Assembly: GCA_965655095.1 (NCBI GenBank)
Contig: OZ296649.1
Location: forward strand, 52,452,001-52,516,000
DNA: 64,000 nucleotides
DNA from: Haplodiscus bocki
Taxonomy: Eukaryota
Reading direction: 5' to 3'
Both the position numbers and the translations under genes were made by a program. A model generated the notes under the pieces. It was not told the origin of the DNA, made no database searches, and saw nothing but the letters and a program-made list of their open reading frames with translations. This document shows, piece after piece, positions 37,851 through 50,787 of this stretch; position 1 is the first letter of the stretch; the number at the start of each line of letters is the position of its first letter.

Positions 37851-38680
37851 CAATTTATACTCTCATTTTTTTCTCGTTTTTCAGGCTTTAATTGAATGAC
37901 CATGATTGTTGCTAACGTTGAAATCGACTAAATGTAGTTAATAGTACAGAAAGTCACTATCTGTTTTTGATTCAGTCACCCCATGCTTGAAGTCAAGTTG
38001 CAACACACAAGAATTGCTCCAGCAATTGGAAAGAAATGGCGTTATGACTTTGAAAATTTTCACAGAAGCTATGCACAGAATTCTGGCGGTTTTAAAATGT
38101 AACATGTCAATAATGTTTCACAGGAAACTACAACTGTGAAGACAACAAAAAGTTTATTCTTCTGGAAAATCCATCGTTGTTGTGCATTGATTATGTGTGA
38201 GCAACAAGGGAAAGCACACCCTTAGAAAAAAATCGACGTCCACACCAAAAATACAATTTTTATATGGGAGAGCGTGAAATTTTGTTTACTAGAGTCTTTG
38301 AACCAAGCAAAGTGGGCTACATTTGATAGAGAAACATTAAAAGTTTATAAAGGTACCTTTCTCAGGCTTTCCATAACTTTCCAAAAACTCAACTCATCTT
38401 CCTATATTGCAGAAGTAAATGTTACCTCAATGCATACGTGTACGTCCTTCTCAGCTTCAAGACTAGGTAACGGTTTTTTGACGTTTGGATGACCCGGATT
38501 TACACCCTACTTTAAAACACTGATGCAGCTTATCCTCTTTTCATAGTTGGTTGATTTCTACCCTAGTTTAATACAATGGAGAAATTTTCGTTATTTCAAG
38601 ACATTGCTGCAGTATACCTCAAGGCATTACATTGTCGAAGTATACAACATTCTGATACATAACAGTCAAAATCCGTCCAA

Positions 38681-38904
38681 AACCAAAAAAAATCAGTACC
38701 TAGCCAGAAACGATTAATACGCTACCCAAAACACCCAAGAGCTCCACGCTAGGCTGAGGTTCCTATATTTTATGATAGATCATAGCTAGTTTGCTTTCTC
38801 TATGCTGTATTTAAACTAACGAACCTTTACCTGAACCATGAAGTTCCGCGTGCTTTTGGGCTGCGTGTTACTCGATCTTGTTGGGTGCTTACAGTTACTT
38901 GGTT
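38681..38904. repeat. Imperfect ~80-bp inverted repeat enclosing a loop with a degenerate ATGTATTAAGATAGG motif
   Basis: Arms 38681-38762 and 38821-38904 align as reverse complements; the loop starts CTATATTTTATGATAGATCATAGC. Confidence 0.6.
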
Positions 38905-38979
38905 TCAGCTGGAATCCGACGGTAATGGTTTCCGCTGGGGTATTCTTCGGCAATTCATTCAGACAGCCTAGACATCACA

Positions 38980-39365
38980 AATGCATTAAGATAGGGTTAA
39001 CATCGGAAGTTTGATAAAATTGCCTATACTGGAGCAATGCTTCAACAAATTTTGTATCTCAGCAAAATGGAAAGATATGGTGAAGCTCATCTATATATTA
39101 AGATACGGTATACTTCAGCAAAAACTTAAGATAGCGTGTATTTCGGAAGTGTATCAAAATAGGATAAACGTCAAGAAATTTTTAGGATAGGTTTATTTTC
39201 TGAAAAGCATATAAATAGTGTATACTTCGGCATTGTATTGAAAAAAGGGTAAACGTCGGCAATGTATGAAAAGCCTACAAATTGTAATTTTTTTCAGATA
39301 TGGTACACTTCGACAATGTAGTAAGATAGGGTATACGAGAGCAAGGTATTAAGATGGGGTTTACT
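38980..39365 (+). repeat. Degenerate 30-bp tandem array, same family as 62503-62878
   Basis: Recurrent ATTAAGATAGGGT / AAGATACGGTATACTTCAGC / GTATACTTCGGCA variants at ~30-bp spacing. Confidence 0.75.
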
Positions 39366-40429
39366 CATGCATCGAATGGTATGGATCTGGGAAGCCGGGT
39401 CGTTATTTTGTCGTAAAGTACTGCTTTCGGTGAAAATGGGGTCCATTCAGACTTCAATTTTTTAAAAAGGATAAACATATCCGATTGCTTTCGGCAATTT
39501 GTTCGGATGGATTGTAGAGTCGACCCTTCCATGGATTTGAAAACTGTTAGGTAGCCTTGAAGCTGAGAAAAACGCGCACGTACGCATTTAGTTAATGTAT
39601 ACTTCAGCTGTATAGGAAGATGAATTAGGGGTTCGGGAAGTGAAAGCATACTTATTGTAGGCTTTCAGCCGGATATATCTTGCAGTTCGCTTTTTGGTCA
39701 AGCACCGTCAGTTTCCTTGGTGCCAAAACTGTTGTTCCTAACGTCCCGGAATATGTTACACCAATGAGTTTAAACACTGGAGGCGTCAATTTCCTTCTAT
39801 CGGTCTGCAATTTGTTTTGTTGCTTAGACAAAAGAACTGCAGAAACTGGTTGGGTTTCACAATGAAATTTGTTTGCCTTTGCTTTCACTGTCATCTAGTG
39901 CAAGAGAATATACTGATCTGCTACAGCTCTTGTTTTTCAGAGTTCTTTCCGTAAGCTCTGTGAAATTTTTCAACGTAATAACGGTATTCCATCCAACTTG
40001 AAAGAGTAAATGACCTGTGTTGCACCTTGGTCTGTACATGTAATGACTGTATCCAAAACAGAAAATGTCTTTCAGTTCTGCTTTGCATAGCAAGTTGTTT
40101 TGAGCGTTACCAACAGTTATGATAATTCAATTAAAATCGGAAAACTGAGTTACAAACAAGACTATGAATCGAGTTCCTTTCCAATGGCTTAAGTCCTGAA
40201 GAAAAGACTCAGAATACCCCAGATTGTTTTAAGAATTTTATAGCCTGCAACTTTTTGGATCACGTTTTTCACACCAGAACAATTTAAAATTGAAATGGTT
40301 CAAAAGAACAGAGGTTGTACGAAAAACGTCTAGCAAAAAATCTCATTTCGACTGAATAAAATACAAAAACGGTGATAAATTGCTTTTTTTGTGCGTTTAC
40401 AAAAAGCACGATTCTGAGGCATTTTTTTT

Positions 40430-41506
40430 GAAAATGTCAGCTTTTGATTCAAAAACTACACAACCAGTCAGTTTCTGTTTTACTCTACTTACATTGAGTC
40501 AGATATTGAATCTACATTTTTGTATATTGTCAGGTTTTTATTCAAACAAAAAATATACATTTTGGCTGTAATTAATTATATGATAATGGTTCGGGTGGTC
40601 CAATCAAGGTATTAGAAGAGACTCTGGGTCTCCTGGCGGTAAACAAGTTAAAAAAATATTAGAACAAGCAATCTCAACCGGTTGTATAGCAACATAATCA
40701 GATAGTGTAAAGTGTTCGCCAATGTTCCATTAAGTTTTTGAAACGCATTGTACAGAGGAAAAGAACCCGGGTTCATGCACTCAATTGGACTCAATTAGAT
40801 TACGATGGTGCATAGAACGACTTGTTGCAGTTTTGAAATATTGTATTGAGGCTGGACGCTGAGAAAGAAATGCACCTATGTTATACAAAAAGCAAAGTTT
40901 CTGAAATGTATTAAAAAGGCTATGGACTCGAGAGCTAATGTTATTGCTAGTTCACTTCAGCAGATTTGATTGAACTTTTGTTCTGTCTTAAGTTCTAAAA
41001 CAGACAAAAACTAAAAAGTTAGCTCTCTTAAAAAACTCTGCACAGGCAACTGTTAGAAGTGAAACAGGTAAAACTCAGAGCTCCACTCAAACAAAAATAC
41101 ATTTCACAAAGAATCGAAGAACTCCGTCCATTCTTCTGGGTTTCCAACAATCACCTAACTCTTCAGAAGTAGCTATTGCTTTGTCCACTCGTCTGTCCGG
41201 TTGAGAATTTTTTTGAAAGAATATAAAGCTGACGCTCAACCCCTTGCTTCTTTTGTCCAGTGTCCACTGGACATAATGAAGTGACGATTGAACCTAAGTC
41301 TGTTTTAGTTTGTTGAATTGATATCTTTGATGTTTGAAGATAATAAAGTCAAGAAATCCCTAACAGAAGTTTAACTGAGTGACAAAGAAGCAACTGGATC
41401 CATGTCCCATAAACCTGGGGGTTTCAGGAAGATATTGGAATTTTGCTGCTTATCAACACATTTCAATTATGTTGCCTTTTTTTGAAATGATCTTGGGATT
41501 TTCACA
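40430..41506 (-). repeat. Right arm of the inverted duplication (partner 36780-37850)
   Basis: See left arm; identity roughly 70-85% by eye. Confidence 0.85.
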
Positions 41507-43568
41507 GTTGGTTTTGTTTTTCCTTTCGCGGTTGATATTTTTGATTTTTGCTCAAGTTTTAGAGTTGAAAGTACTAGCACAAACAAAATCTACAAGAGGC
41601 ACGAAGATCTCGTTATCAAGGAAGTACACTCTGTCATGGAAACAAACCGTTCTCTTAAAATTGACAACAAAAAAGACATTAGGTCGACTTCTGGGAGCAA
41701 AAACGAAGAAATTACAAGCTTTGTGGGATCATATAGAAAGTCTTGCGTTGATTTGAAAATGAACAAAGATTCAGGCGTGAAGGTAATTTTAATCCAGTAT
41801 GACAAACGCTGAGCTTCAATTTTCATCATAGACAAGGAGTAGTTAGCAACTTCACCAGTCTTTGAACATGTTGTTAGCTGGAAGAAGAGAATTGTTGTTG
41901 TTTAGAATGTTTCCTAAGGAATGATTTTTCAGTTTAGATAGTCGGCGTTTCTGTAGTATTTCACTTGAGGCACAACCAGCTAGTAGAAAGAATCTTTCCT
42001 TCTTTTTTTTTCATTGACACATCGAATTTCCATATCTAGAAAATGTCCAATTTTTGATCATCGTCACTGCAAAAATCCAGAGATGGAAGGTCTTTCGTTT
42101 ATCAAGACTTAGTGCAGACAAAAAGCATTTTTCTTTTAGTTTCGTTTTTCTGAATAAAAGTTCCAGTGTTCAGATGGTAGCTGTACTGTTACAAATTTTT
42201 TGTAGCTGATACGAAAAAATCAGAAAAATGTTAATGTTTTGTCTATTTCGTGCAACAAGTTTCCCCCAACATTAGCAACAGGATTATCACTCAGTGGGAA
42301 CTTGAAGTCAAACCGCAAATCAGATTTCGAAATAAAAAAACTGACAACATCTAGGATACTGGACTTGAGTGATTTTATTAAAAGTTAGAAATTGAAGAAA
42401 ACCTGTCCTTTACAAGTCATGATTCAGCTTAAGTTAGTCCATAGAGACAAAATGTTTTGCTTTTTTGTGCCTTTAATTGATTCACTAACATGCCTCAAAT
42501 CGTCCAAAAGAAAAATTCCTCTATTGGGATGGTTGTATTTTTAACAGGAAGGAAAAGTATCCACTTATGTAACCTTTTCGTAGTATTGACAGAAAAAAAC
42601 ACCTCCAATTAAAAAGGTTCGTGGCGCTGGTATTCAAACGAAAACTAAAAGCTGGATTCTTTCGAACAAACTGCACACTGAGATCGTGTGCCGTGGAGTA
42701 CAACAGCAAAAGCATTCATTTTATGGAAAACTGTTTTGCCGGCAACAATTCATTGCTACGGAAATTTTGCTCCCTTTTGATACATTTTGAGGATAATTCA
42801 AAACATTTCAGTTTGTATGCGTAATGTTCCTTCAACAAGAAAAACATTGCTTTCTCAGACAAAGTCTCTGCACTTGAAAAGATGAATGTTTTGCTTGATA
42901 ATTTCGCTGAGAAAAGCTGTCGCAGCTTGAAAGAATAACCGTTCCTTTTGATTAGTTTTTTTCAGACAAACTGTTGCCATCTCAGGGAACGTCTTTTCCT
43001 TTTGACTAATTTCCTTTGGCGGGTTGTCGCTTCATTAGGTGAAATTGTTTCTGGTGGTTAGTCTCCTCAGACAAAATCTCTCCACTTCCGATGACAAAAT
43101 GTTAGTGACTTAGTTTTTTTGTACTCAATTGTCCCTTGTAAAGAACACATAAAAATTTTAGAAATCTTTTTCTTGCCCATGTGAGCCAGGCTTTCTTTCT
43201 ATGGTTTTTGCGCGAATGGTATGAAAAAATGAATTGCCCTTTTTCTTTTGCATCGTCACAGTCAAATTTCTACCATTTTGACGTTTCTTTCAGACTTTTT
43301 TGTTAGAAACTTCCCCAAAGTGCTTTCTCCCAATAGAATGAAAACTAACTTGGGAAGATTTCCGCACAAAAAGAACAAAGTGGAAGAGTGCAATACATTG
43401 AAAGTGATGTTGAGATGGGTCTTTTTACGGCGTTAAATGACACAATTTCTTAACAAATTCCCAAGAGGAAATGTTGCTTGTCTTTAGGCTTCTCCAACTT
43501 TTGTGCAATGTGCAACTATGAGTTTGCATTTTTCTTTGACAACAATTAGACACTAAGGAATGATAAAC

Positions 43569-43768
43569 NNNNNNNNNNNNNNNNNNNNNNNNNNNNNNNN
43601 NNNNNNNNNNNNNNNNNNNNNNNNNNNNNNNNNNNNNNNNNNNNNNNNNNNNNNNNNNNNNNNNNNNNNNNNNNNNNNNNNNNNNNNNNNNNNNNNNNNN
43701 NNNNNNNNNNNNNNNNNNNNNNNNNNNNNNNNNNNNNNNNNNNNNNNNNNNNNNNNNNNNNNNNNNNN
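43569..43768. other. Assembly gap (200 N)
   Basis: Direct read; a round length suggests a scaffolding join of unknown true size. Confidence 0.99.
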
Positions 43769-46700
43769 CGAAAGTTACGGTATGTTTTATATGAATGAAG
43801 CCGTTATCAACACTAAGATCTGATTACAGTTTCTGTAGCCAAAAACGCATAAAGGTAGAAATGCAATTAGATTCTATGAACCTTCTTCCCCAGGCATGAA
43901 CATGATTTATGTACTTTTCAAAAAACAAAATGTAATAGGTAGAAAGTACAGCTGAGCAAATTAAAACATCAATCTCCATCCATAAACAATGTGATGGAAC
44001 AATTCAAGGAAAATTTCCGATAAAGGCTCGAGGTAACTAAAACACGCATAAAAGACACCGGAGTACTTCAACCGGAATACTCTAAGCCACTACATTTGCC
44101 CTCTGTAGCGGCGAGACTAAAGATATATGAAAAAAAAACAGGAACACTTTTTTCACCAGTAAAACATCTGAAAGAAATTTTCTTCTTTTAATTGCTTCAA
44201 AACCAGACAAATAGTAGAATGCGATGGTCCAAAGAATGAGTATTGATGATTTACAAGCCTGTACATAACAACAGAATTTTTGATAGGACAGAACAAATTT
44301 CACAAGCTTACATCCGACCCATGTAAACCTCCGAAAGTGCACTTTAAAAACAATTTAGATTTCGATTTTAATCCGAATGATGAAAACGCTTCGTACAGAC
44401 TCGCAGACTCTGCCAAAAACATTCGTTTTTGTCAAGAGGTTGAAAACTCAGACTCATGTTATTAATATAAAACAGTAGGTGCTGAAAATGAATAATTTCA
44501 ACGTTATCCATTGAATTGAAAGAGTAATGATCCAACTCAACTGTTCATGAACTTTAATTTAACTATGATACTCACTTTAGACATATTCGGCCTTCTATTA
44601 CGGGTAGAAGGTGTAGGCATAGAGGAAAGTATGAATACCGATGACAAATCAAATATCCTGCTTTTAACGCAGATTAACAATGGAGTTATTAAGAATGTAA
44701 TGAGAGGTGTGCTGATTGTGTGATTTTCAATTGGAATAGCTATTCTACATCTGTGAATTGTCAAGTTCCGCCATATTGAATTAAGGCAATTTGTTTACAA
44801 AAAATTTGCATAATTGCCATGTTATTCACTTGTAGACCCCACGGTTGTGGTGGAATTGCATTTCACGCTTGAATTATTAAGATATTGATATTGCAAATGA
44901 ACCAATGAGATTGTTAGAATGAGACTTATCATCAATCACATGACCACGCGAATCCACAGAGCACCAACACAAGCAGAGCGCAAACAGTTTGAACACCGAT
45001 CGTGCTTGCTTGAACTACTACGTACATTGTGAAGTGCGAATCCTCTGACCTACACTTTTTTTCGCATCTATTTAATTTCTATTGCTTTTAATCACTTGAC
45101 TTAGTGAAATCCGCTAAAACATTGCCGTTTTTTGGAATGACTGGTTAACAAACATTTCAAATAAAATTCATATTTGAACTTGGATGCTTCTTTCAACTGA
45201 CTACAGGGTGCTAAGGAACGGTAAATGACATCAAACGTTTATCGAACGCTCAATGAGCAATCACGGTAGCACGGAAGAAATCGCTAGCTGAAAGTTATCG
45301 AGAAATGTCAAAGGAGAGGTTCCAGAGTTTCAAATGTTGACACAGGAGGCCGTCTGCGAACGAAAAAGGAGGTTTATTGCTCTTGTAACTCGCCAGCTAC
45401 AGGATTTGACTCAGTTGGTACAAGGAACAATAACCTGACGGCATCCGAAGTCCTAACGCGGGACTGAGTAAGGCCATGCCTCAGTCCGACACTGAATCTG
45501 CTCCAATACTTGAAAAACTGACTAATTTTTTCTGCAACCGTGTTTTAGCAAAAGGCTCGGTTTTAATTCGTTCACGGAAACGTCCTCCTTCTTTGAATAA
45601 AAATCAAATTCGTCGCATGAAAGGCACCGGTGTGTTCACTCCAGAAACTCTTCGTTGTATGTTGATCATTTCTAGCTACCAACCTTTTATGGAGTGTTTT
45701 TCGTGTTCGGCACCCGTGAATCAGCTTGCAAATTACCTTGCATCGTAACTTGTCAACAAAATTTCCTGTTAGGCGAAAAGTCTGCTTTTTTTCACCATAA
45801 AAGTAGATCGAATTGATAAAACGTTTAGATGTACTTCAACGAAGTCATTTTTTGTTTGAGAATCATTTGAGCAGACAATAATGTCACAACAGCGGAAGGT
45901 GCTGTTATGTTGAAAAAAAGCCTGCACCTCAATCAACATTTTCACAGAAATCTTTGTCCATTTCCACAGGTAACCATGTAAATTACCTAGTCACGGAAAA
46001 AAACTACGTAGAAAACCAAACTCCAAAACTTTGTTTCGAGTCTAGTTCTCATTATCATATGTTACTCATTGGGAAAATGTTATAAATTAATTGCTCGTGA
46101 AGTTGAATGGGGCTCAACTCACCTGTCGGATTCGAAATCTGTTCCACAACGTGTTCAAAATCAGAATCAAGGAGAAAAATTTTACGAAAAAATGACAATT
46201 GTGGACATTGTGGAAAGAACTGCAAACTTCAACCAACATTCCGAAGAAACGAGAAGAATCCCGAGTCATGCTGACAACAGATTACCTCGGAACTAATGAA
46301 AAAAACACAAAAAATCAACTCCAAAGAAGAAAACATCATTAAACTAATCCGAAAAAACCGATGCAATGCTTTTTCAGAACAATTGTCTGCATTTCCAGGA
46401 GATGTGTTAATAATGAAAGTGGTTTTGTATCAATTGAAATCAAAAAAAGTCAGCTAGTTTTTCAAATTGTCAAAATCTGAGAATTGAGCCTTAATAGTAC
46501 ATAGTTAGAGCTTGCTTTGATAATACAAGCTTTTTATTTTCTTTCGAGGACTTCAGTGTTAAAAGCTGCGTGCTTCCCAATATCTGTCCCTGTGCGAGAG
46601 TATCTGTTTTGTTTCAGCAGTTTTTCATGTTGTCTCAAATCTGTCGCAGACAAGAACATCGCCTCACATAATTTCCAAACATCAGTCAATAGGAATCTTT

Positions 46701-48369
46701 ATGTCCGGCCTCTCCGTTTTTGAAGCTGCTTGTGCTCCCAATCCTATTTTATCCTCAAAAATGTACTATCGGCATCGTCTGATGTTCAAATGTTAAATTT
46801 TAGTCATAAAAAGCAACTCAATATTTAGTTTAGCATCGAAGAATCTTTCGAAGTGGAAAGTTTGTTACCGGTACTTTATGCTCATTGAATCTTACAGTAA
46901 GACTCTTATCTCATATGTTTTCGTTTTCTTCCTCGATTACAAGTTTCAAGATTTGCAAAATCAACAGAAAAATAACAGAAGCGTGCTTTAACTGCCAGTT
47001 TCCTCATTTTCAGAGGTTTATCTTACGGTAATGCAGATTTAGTTGTTTACTGCATGCTTTGAATCATTTTTTTTTGGTCATAAAAAGTACTTTAAAGTGC
47101 GCAAAAGGTTGCCGAAAATTCATTAAAGCAGAACAATGTTTTTGCAGTTATCCATTCAGAAGAGACTACGGAGAGTGTAGAAGCTTTTCATCACACATGG
47201 TAAAGAGGCAACACAGACAAAAAAAATCAGGAACAGAGCAGATTGCTATCAGATAACAAGCATATATGCTTTCAAAGTTTTTTAACTGTTTATCGATCAA
47301 TTTAGATGGTCGAAGTCAACTTTCATTACTGTTCAACTGTGAGCCAAGTTTAGCATTGGCTTCATGTGATTGTTTGGTGCAAGTGAAAGGACCAAGAGTG
47401 ATAACTTTGAACATCGGAGCAGGAATTCCAACAGTGAACTTTGTAGTTTCTCATTTCAGTAAATCCGAGTATTTCTCAACCAAATGAGTCGCAGTACGCA
47501 AAATTGATGTTAAAAACCTTTCTTCACACATCGACTGAAAAATTTTTCTAAGCTTGTACAATGGCAAACGCCCTTGTTTCTCCCATATTATTTTTAACAT
47601 CTTAAATCCTTGGGCAAACAGAAAACCACACACAAAAGCAAACAATTCACCAAAAACATTTATTTATTACTTTGGAAACACGTATCAACGAAGCAAGTGA
47701 GTAACTAAAAACGCTTTTAACCCTTGAAGGCGTGACAAAACATCCGCCACCGAGATAGTTTGGGGCAGGCGCTAAAATAAGTCGGGTGACCGAGGTTTCA
47801 AGAAAACTGAGTTAATTTTTTTTAAATCTGTTCACAGGGCAAATCATCAGTCAATAAGTTCAACTTCCTAACTCTTAACAATGCAAAATTGAAAAACTTA
47901 GTCAAATACACTGCCAATTTTTCCTAATTTACACATACGTCATGAAGGATCCGCCAACGTCGTAAAAAATCGCAGTGCACCCGTGTTAGAAGTTAAAACG
48001 GTTTTTCTCGAAAATTTTACAGTGCCAAAAAAGTGTCAATTGAACATTTCCATATCTTTCTACCTTGTAAACCATCATACCCCACCTCAGGGTTTGGCCG
48101 AACTACCGTGAAGATCCTAAAATAAGATCGAACCAATTCGCGTATCTTAATACGATGACTCACTTGTCTTTCAAAATTAAAAAGTTATCGAATCGAACTG
48201 GAAAGTCAAAAAATCTTCTCCACCAACGTTAATTGAGTTTTACAGCAGCATAAAAACACCCGACAGCTCTCGGAACGTGGTTACTTTTTCGGGATTTGGG
48301 CTCGATTAAGCGTGCTATTGGCTGTCTTCAAACATGGTGGAATTCATCCCCACATGGTCATGTCTTTCT

Positions 48370-50373
48370 CTTACTACTAAGGTGCCGTTTCGCTTGTAAG
48401 GTCTTGTAACTTTTCAGGAAATAGTCGCGGTCCGTGGCTCAGCTATAAAAGGTCCAAAATTCAGGCAACTGAACATTGCCAAAATTAAACGAGACAATCT
48501 GTTTAGCTTTTTCCTTAAAAACTTGCTCGATAACATCTCTATTAACAACAACATGTAGTAAACTCCTTTCGATTGAGCTGTTATCGTACTCTGCACGACT
48601 TAAACCAAAGATTAGAGTGGTGTTGCAATTTATCTCAAAGTGATCTTGCAAGTCAATTGATTAAAGTTTTTGCTCTGGTAGAATCTCTGTTGGGCACCAT
48701 TATAAACCTCTTTCTTGGACGCCTCTTGCATATCGATTCTTTGGCTGCAACGTTGATTACGAAGTTTGAGACTTTGTGCAAGTTTTGTTGTTTCAACTCA
48801 CAAGAAAATTTTCCGGTGGCACTTTACTAAGCGTGACCAAGTTCTCCAAAGCATCATTGAAAAATGACATTATAAGTCTCATGGGTTAATTTTGCAACAC
48901 AAAATGATGGGATCTAATAAAAAACTGTATGACAATGAAACGCAAATTTGTGTTTGTCTTCTCTTCAATGTTGAACTTTCTGTATCTTTGAATACCTCAG
49001 CTTCCACACAAAATGACTCAAATTCAATTTTTGCCTTACTCGTCAAAATCCCTTGTTCGTCAGTTAACTTGATACGAAAAGTGTCTAGCGCTCCAAATAC
49101 TGTTTCTCGGAATTGATGCAGCTTCTTTGGTGAAGCACGTTTAAATCTTTTCACCCAAGTTATTGAAAGTCTTCCTAGGTTCGAAACTTTGGTATTAAAT
49201 TAATCATACGAAAGGTAATGGCATGCGTTGATGATAGCATCGAAATTGTACACAAAGCCGATGTGGCTGTTCCACGTTAACAACCTCAGAATGTTGGGAA
49301 ACTTTTCAATGCTTCTTCCCTCATTTTTTTCGAGCCTAATTCGCAAACTCAATATCGTACTGAAATTTGTTAATTTTGGTCAAGTCATCAACGGTTGAAG
49401 CACCTTTCAAACAGAAGCCTTGAAACTTGGGTACCTCAAGGTCCTCCGTCTCCTTGTGATGGGAGGAGAACAGTTTAAAGCTCCTTCCTCCACTAGGTCA
49501 TTGCCATGCAAATCGAGAGCGATGGCCCAAAAGTGTTATACGTTAACGTTGGTTAACCTCGGGGTACCGTAAAAAAAGCCTGGGCGATTTTAGATCAGTG
49601 CTTCCGGCAAAAAACCTTTTCTACACCACATAGGAATTTCCTTGATTAGAAAGCTAACAATTGTCTTATCCGTTAGCTTTTGTCAGTTTCACTTTGATTT
49701 TGCTCGGTATCGTGAGTTGAAATCATTCATATCGTTGTTCAGAAAGTTCCGAGTTTCGTGAAAGCTTCTTCTGTAGCCACGAGTTTACACCGATCCATCA
49801 GTGTGGTATTTACATGTGCATGAAACTAAGCTCCACATTCCTGCGAACGAAGCCAATTGCTACATTCAGCTTAGCTGTTCGTTTGAGGCTGTCAGGCACC
49901 AGATCCATTTTATCAGTCACCAAGTGCGGGCTCAGAGACTGCATTGGAAAACAAAAATAATACTATGTCTCCCATTCTCCTTCTCAGAGTCGATTATGAA
50001 GTGATTGCACGTTTCCAATTGTTATAGCAAGCTGTCGTCGTTGACTTCCTTCAGTTTTTGTCCAAGAACAATACTTTTTTATTCCGCTGTCTTTTTCGCA
50101 TCCTGAATTTTTTGTCTCTTTACTGGCAATAGAAGGGGGAGTCTTCAACACACGGTCGGCACTTGTGCAGATTCTTTGACTTGATTCAGCTATGCTTTTT
50201 GACTAAATGAAAAATTCATGTCATTTTGACAGATTGTTGAGGTTATGGGACACTGAGTTGAGTAGTGTGTTCCAGCCAAACGTCTTTTTTGTGCCAGATG
50301 TTATTGTTCCTTGTAGTTTCCCTTCCGCAGTTTCCACAAGTAGATCTTTCTTCTTTTTTTTTAATGAAGGCAT
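48370..50373 (-). pseudogene. Polinton/Maverick (adintovirus-like) pPolB, N-terminal half with Cys/His zinc-finger-like region and exonuclease motifs, decayed
   Basis: Starts MPSL..TCGNCGRETTRNN..HLVKKHS; then LETCNHFIIDSEKENGRH, AKLNVAIGFV, LIKEIPMWCRKGFLPEAL, AIALDLHGN, ExoI-like AKIEFESFC and ExoII-like LIFGLSRAEYDNSSI..KKAKQIVSFNFGNVQL-type segments; truncated at ~48370. Confidence 0.8.
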
Positions 50374-50430
50374 ATCAGTCACACAACTTTAATAGAACAA
50401 CCTGAAAAAGTCATAGACATTGCAGCAAGT

Positions 50431-50787
50431 TCACTTTAGCATTACACAGGAAAAAATGCCAATGATTTTTAAAGCAAGTGTAGCTATACCTTTATACAAC
50501 GTATGGGAAGACCATAACAGGAAAAGTTCTTGCACATGATCATGGAAGGAACTTTCATGCATTTTTTGATTCCTCACAGTAGACATTTGTTCACAAGAAA
50601 GATCTTCTGAAAAAAACCTATCATGACCCCAATTGCTCTTCAGTCGAGACATATTGTCTGGAAAAAAATCACTTGTACATTTTTCCCGCAGAAGGCTATC
50701 TACTGTCTGAGTAAATTCTTCAAGTGCAACCGTTGTCTGTTTAAATTCTTGTTGCATTTTTTCGTATTGAGTGTCAATCGAATCCAT
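50431..50787 (-). CDS. Hypothetical 118-aa Polinton accessory ORF directly upstream of pPolB
   Basis: Intact ATG-to-stop ORF ending ~57 nt before the pPolB ATG; coiled-coil-like N-terminus MDSIDTQYEKMQQEFKQ; its 5' part lies inside tandem unit 1. Confidence 0.45.
   Translation of the reverse strand: MDSIDTQYEKMQQEFKQTTVALEEFTQTVDSLLREKCTSDFFPDNMSRLKSNWGHDRFFSEDLSCEQMSTVRNQKMHESSFHDHVQELFLLWSSHTLYKGIATLALKIIGIFSCVMLK

Noticed and set aside
39650-40100. Fourth pPolB fragment
   Set aside because: Similarity limited to a few residues; not supportable.
43560-43823. 87-aa ORF
   Set aside because: Artefact of the N gap.
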